Shown here one piece after another: positions 63,100 through 64,000 of a stretch of 64,000 bases of DNA. This DNA comes from Raillietiella orientalis (taxonomy: Eukaryota). Position numbers and translations under genes: made by a program. The stretch lies in contig JAYWIR010000031.1 of the NCBI GenBank assembly GCA_036172245.1, positions 2,108,001 through 2,172,000 of the forward strand. Reading direction: 5' to 3'. The notes beneath the pieces are model-generated. The model saw only the letters and a list, made by a program, of their open reading frames with translations, was not told the DNA's origin and ran no database searches. The number at the start of each line of letters is the position of its first letter. Positions within the stretch are counted from its first letter, which is position 1.

Positions 63100-64000
63100 G
63101 GGTGGAGAGAAAGAGAGAGAGAGAGGAGGGGAGGGGGAAGGCTACGGAAAATGCAACCACTGGCTCGGTTCTTCCGTCGCCTTGGAAACTCTTTCCTCTT
63201 CCCCCTCCTCGTCCAAAGAGGAAGGGACAACCGCACTTCGGGGGAAGGGCCTGCGAGGAGACCCACCCGGGAAGCAGTACGCGTTCGCTACACAATGCCT
63301 CCTCAAAGATCCAGGCTCTACCCACTTCCTCTTGGGTGGGGCGGTATCCCGGGAACGCCGCGGATTCGTGCTGACCCGGAAGGTTCGGACGTCCGCGAAC
63401 GGCCTCTGGGAGCGGCGAAAAGGAGGAGAGCGCCGGAAGCTGCCCGGCACCCAAAGGGCTCCCGTCCTGGGAAACGGCCGGAGGCGAGGCAGATAGGAGG
63501 TTATCGGTGCTCGAAGTCCGCGCGGGATAGGTCCGGAGGTCAGGAAGGTTTTCTGCGCGCGGGATTTTCGCACTGGTCGCAGGGAATTTTCCCCCAAGGC
63601 GGTGGCGTCCCCGATCGCCCCATGGATTAGACGGTCACGATCTGCACAACGAGGGGAGGGGGGGAGCCCTTCTTGCTGCACAAGGGCGGGAGGAAGCCGC
63701 GCGGAGTTCACAGCAAAGGCTAGAACGCCACCGTCCCTCTCTTGCCTTGCACTTTGGGTTCAGCTCTCGGCAGGCGGAGAAGAGAGGCAGGGGAAGAAGG
63801 GGGGATAGAGAGAGACGCTCCCTACGTGCTCTCAGGAAGTGGCTCTCTATGGGAGAGGTGCCTAAGTCACGTGGCAGTCGCGGGAGACCCGGACAGGGAG
63901 GAGTCTGGTGGTAGCAGACGGCCGGAGGGGAATCCGAAAGGCGACTCCGAAAACCGGAGACCCGAGCGAGTCCATGGATCCGGTTGGGAACCGGAACAAC
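63100..64000 (+). mobile_element. Possible second decayed DIRS RNase H/MT remnant inside the ACSL intron
   Basis: LGWGG (~63330), ANGLW (~63400) and LVVA (~63905) in DIRS order, heavily frameshifted. Confidence 0.3.

Noticed and set aside
55900..64000. Dozens of overlapping 100-270 aa ORFs on both strands
   Set aside because: Expected from high GC and microsatellites; low-complexity R/G/P/S content, no domains except the ACSL exon and DIRS-like traces.

Overview
Eukaryotic nuclear DNA, most likely an arthropod (inferred from a ZAD-type zinc-finger gene, Wolbachia-like inserts and an animal-type mitochondrial insert). Six complete intron-containing genes plus one short one can be read: flightless-I (+), an ABRA/STARS Costars-domain gene (+), an OVCA2/FSH1 serine hydrolase (-), eEFSec (+), UBL5/Hub1 (+), GNL1 (+) and a THAP-ZAD-C2H2 factor (-). 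There is also a tRNA-Asp(GTC) and the last exon of a long-chain acyl-CoA synthetase (-). Intergenic and intronic space holds decayed L1/Tx1-like LINEs, a Tigger derivative and probable DIRS remnants. Main surprises, mostly invisible in the ORF track: (1) the first 1.2 kb is an end-to-end mosaic of 130-250 bp decayed Wolbachia-like fragments (membrane ORF, dnaA, intergenic repeat, mgtE, bioB, ppdK), and the bioB piece suggests a biotin-operon-bearing donor; (2) a decayed mitochondrial nad5 insert; (3) eEFSec and UBL5 are only 115 nt apart, each with a splice acceptor just before its ATG, suggesting a shared leader or dicistronic unit; (4) a 46-nt U12-type intron among many 39-45 nt introns. All homology calls come from manual translation and recalled motifs, not database searches, and exon or element boundaries may be off by a few bases.
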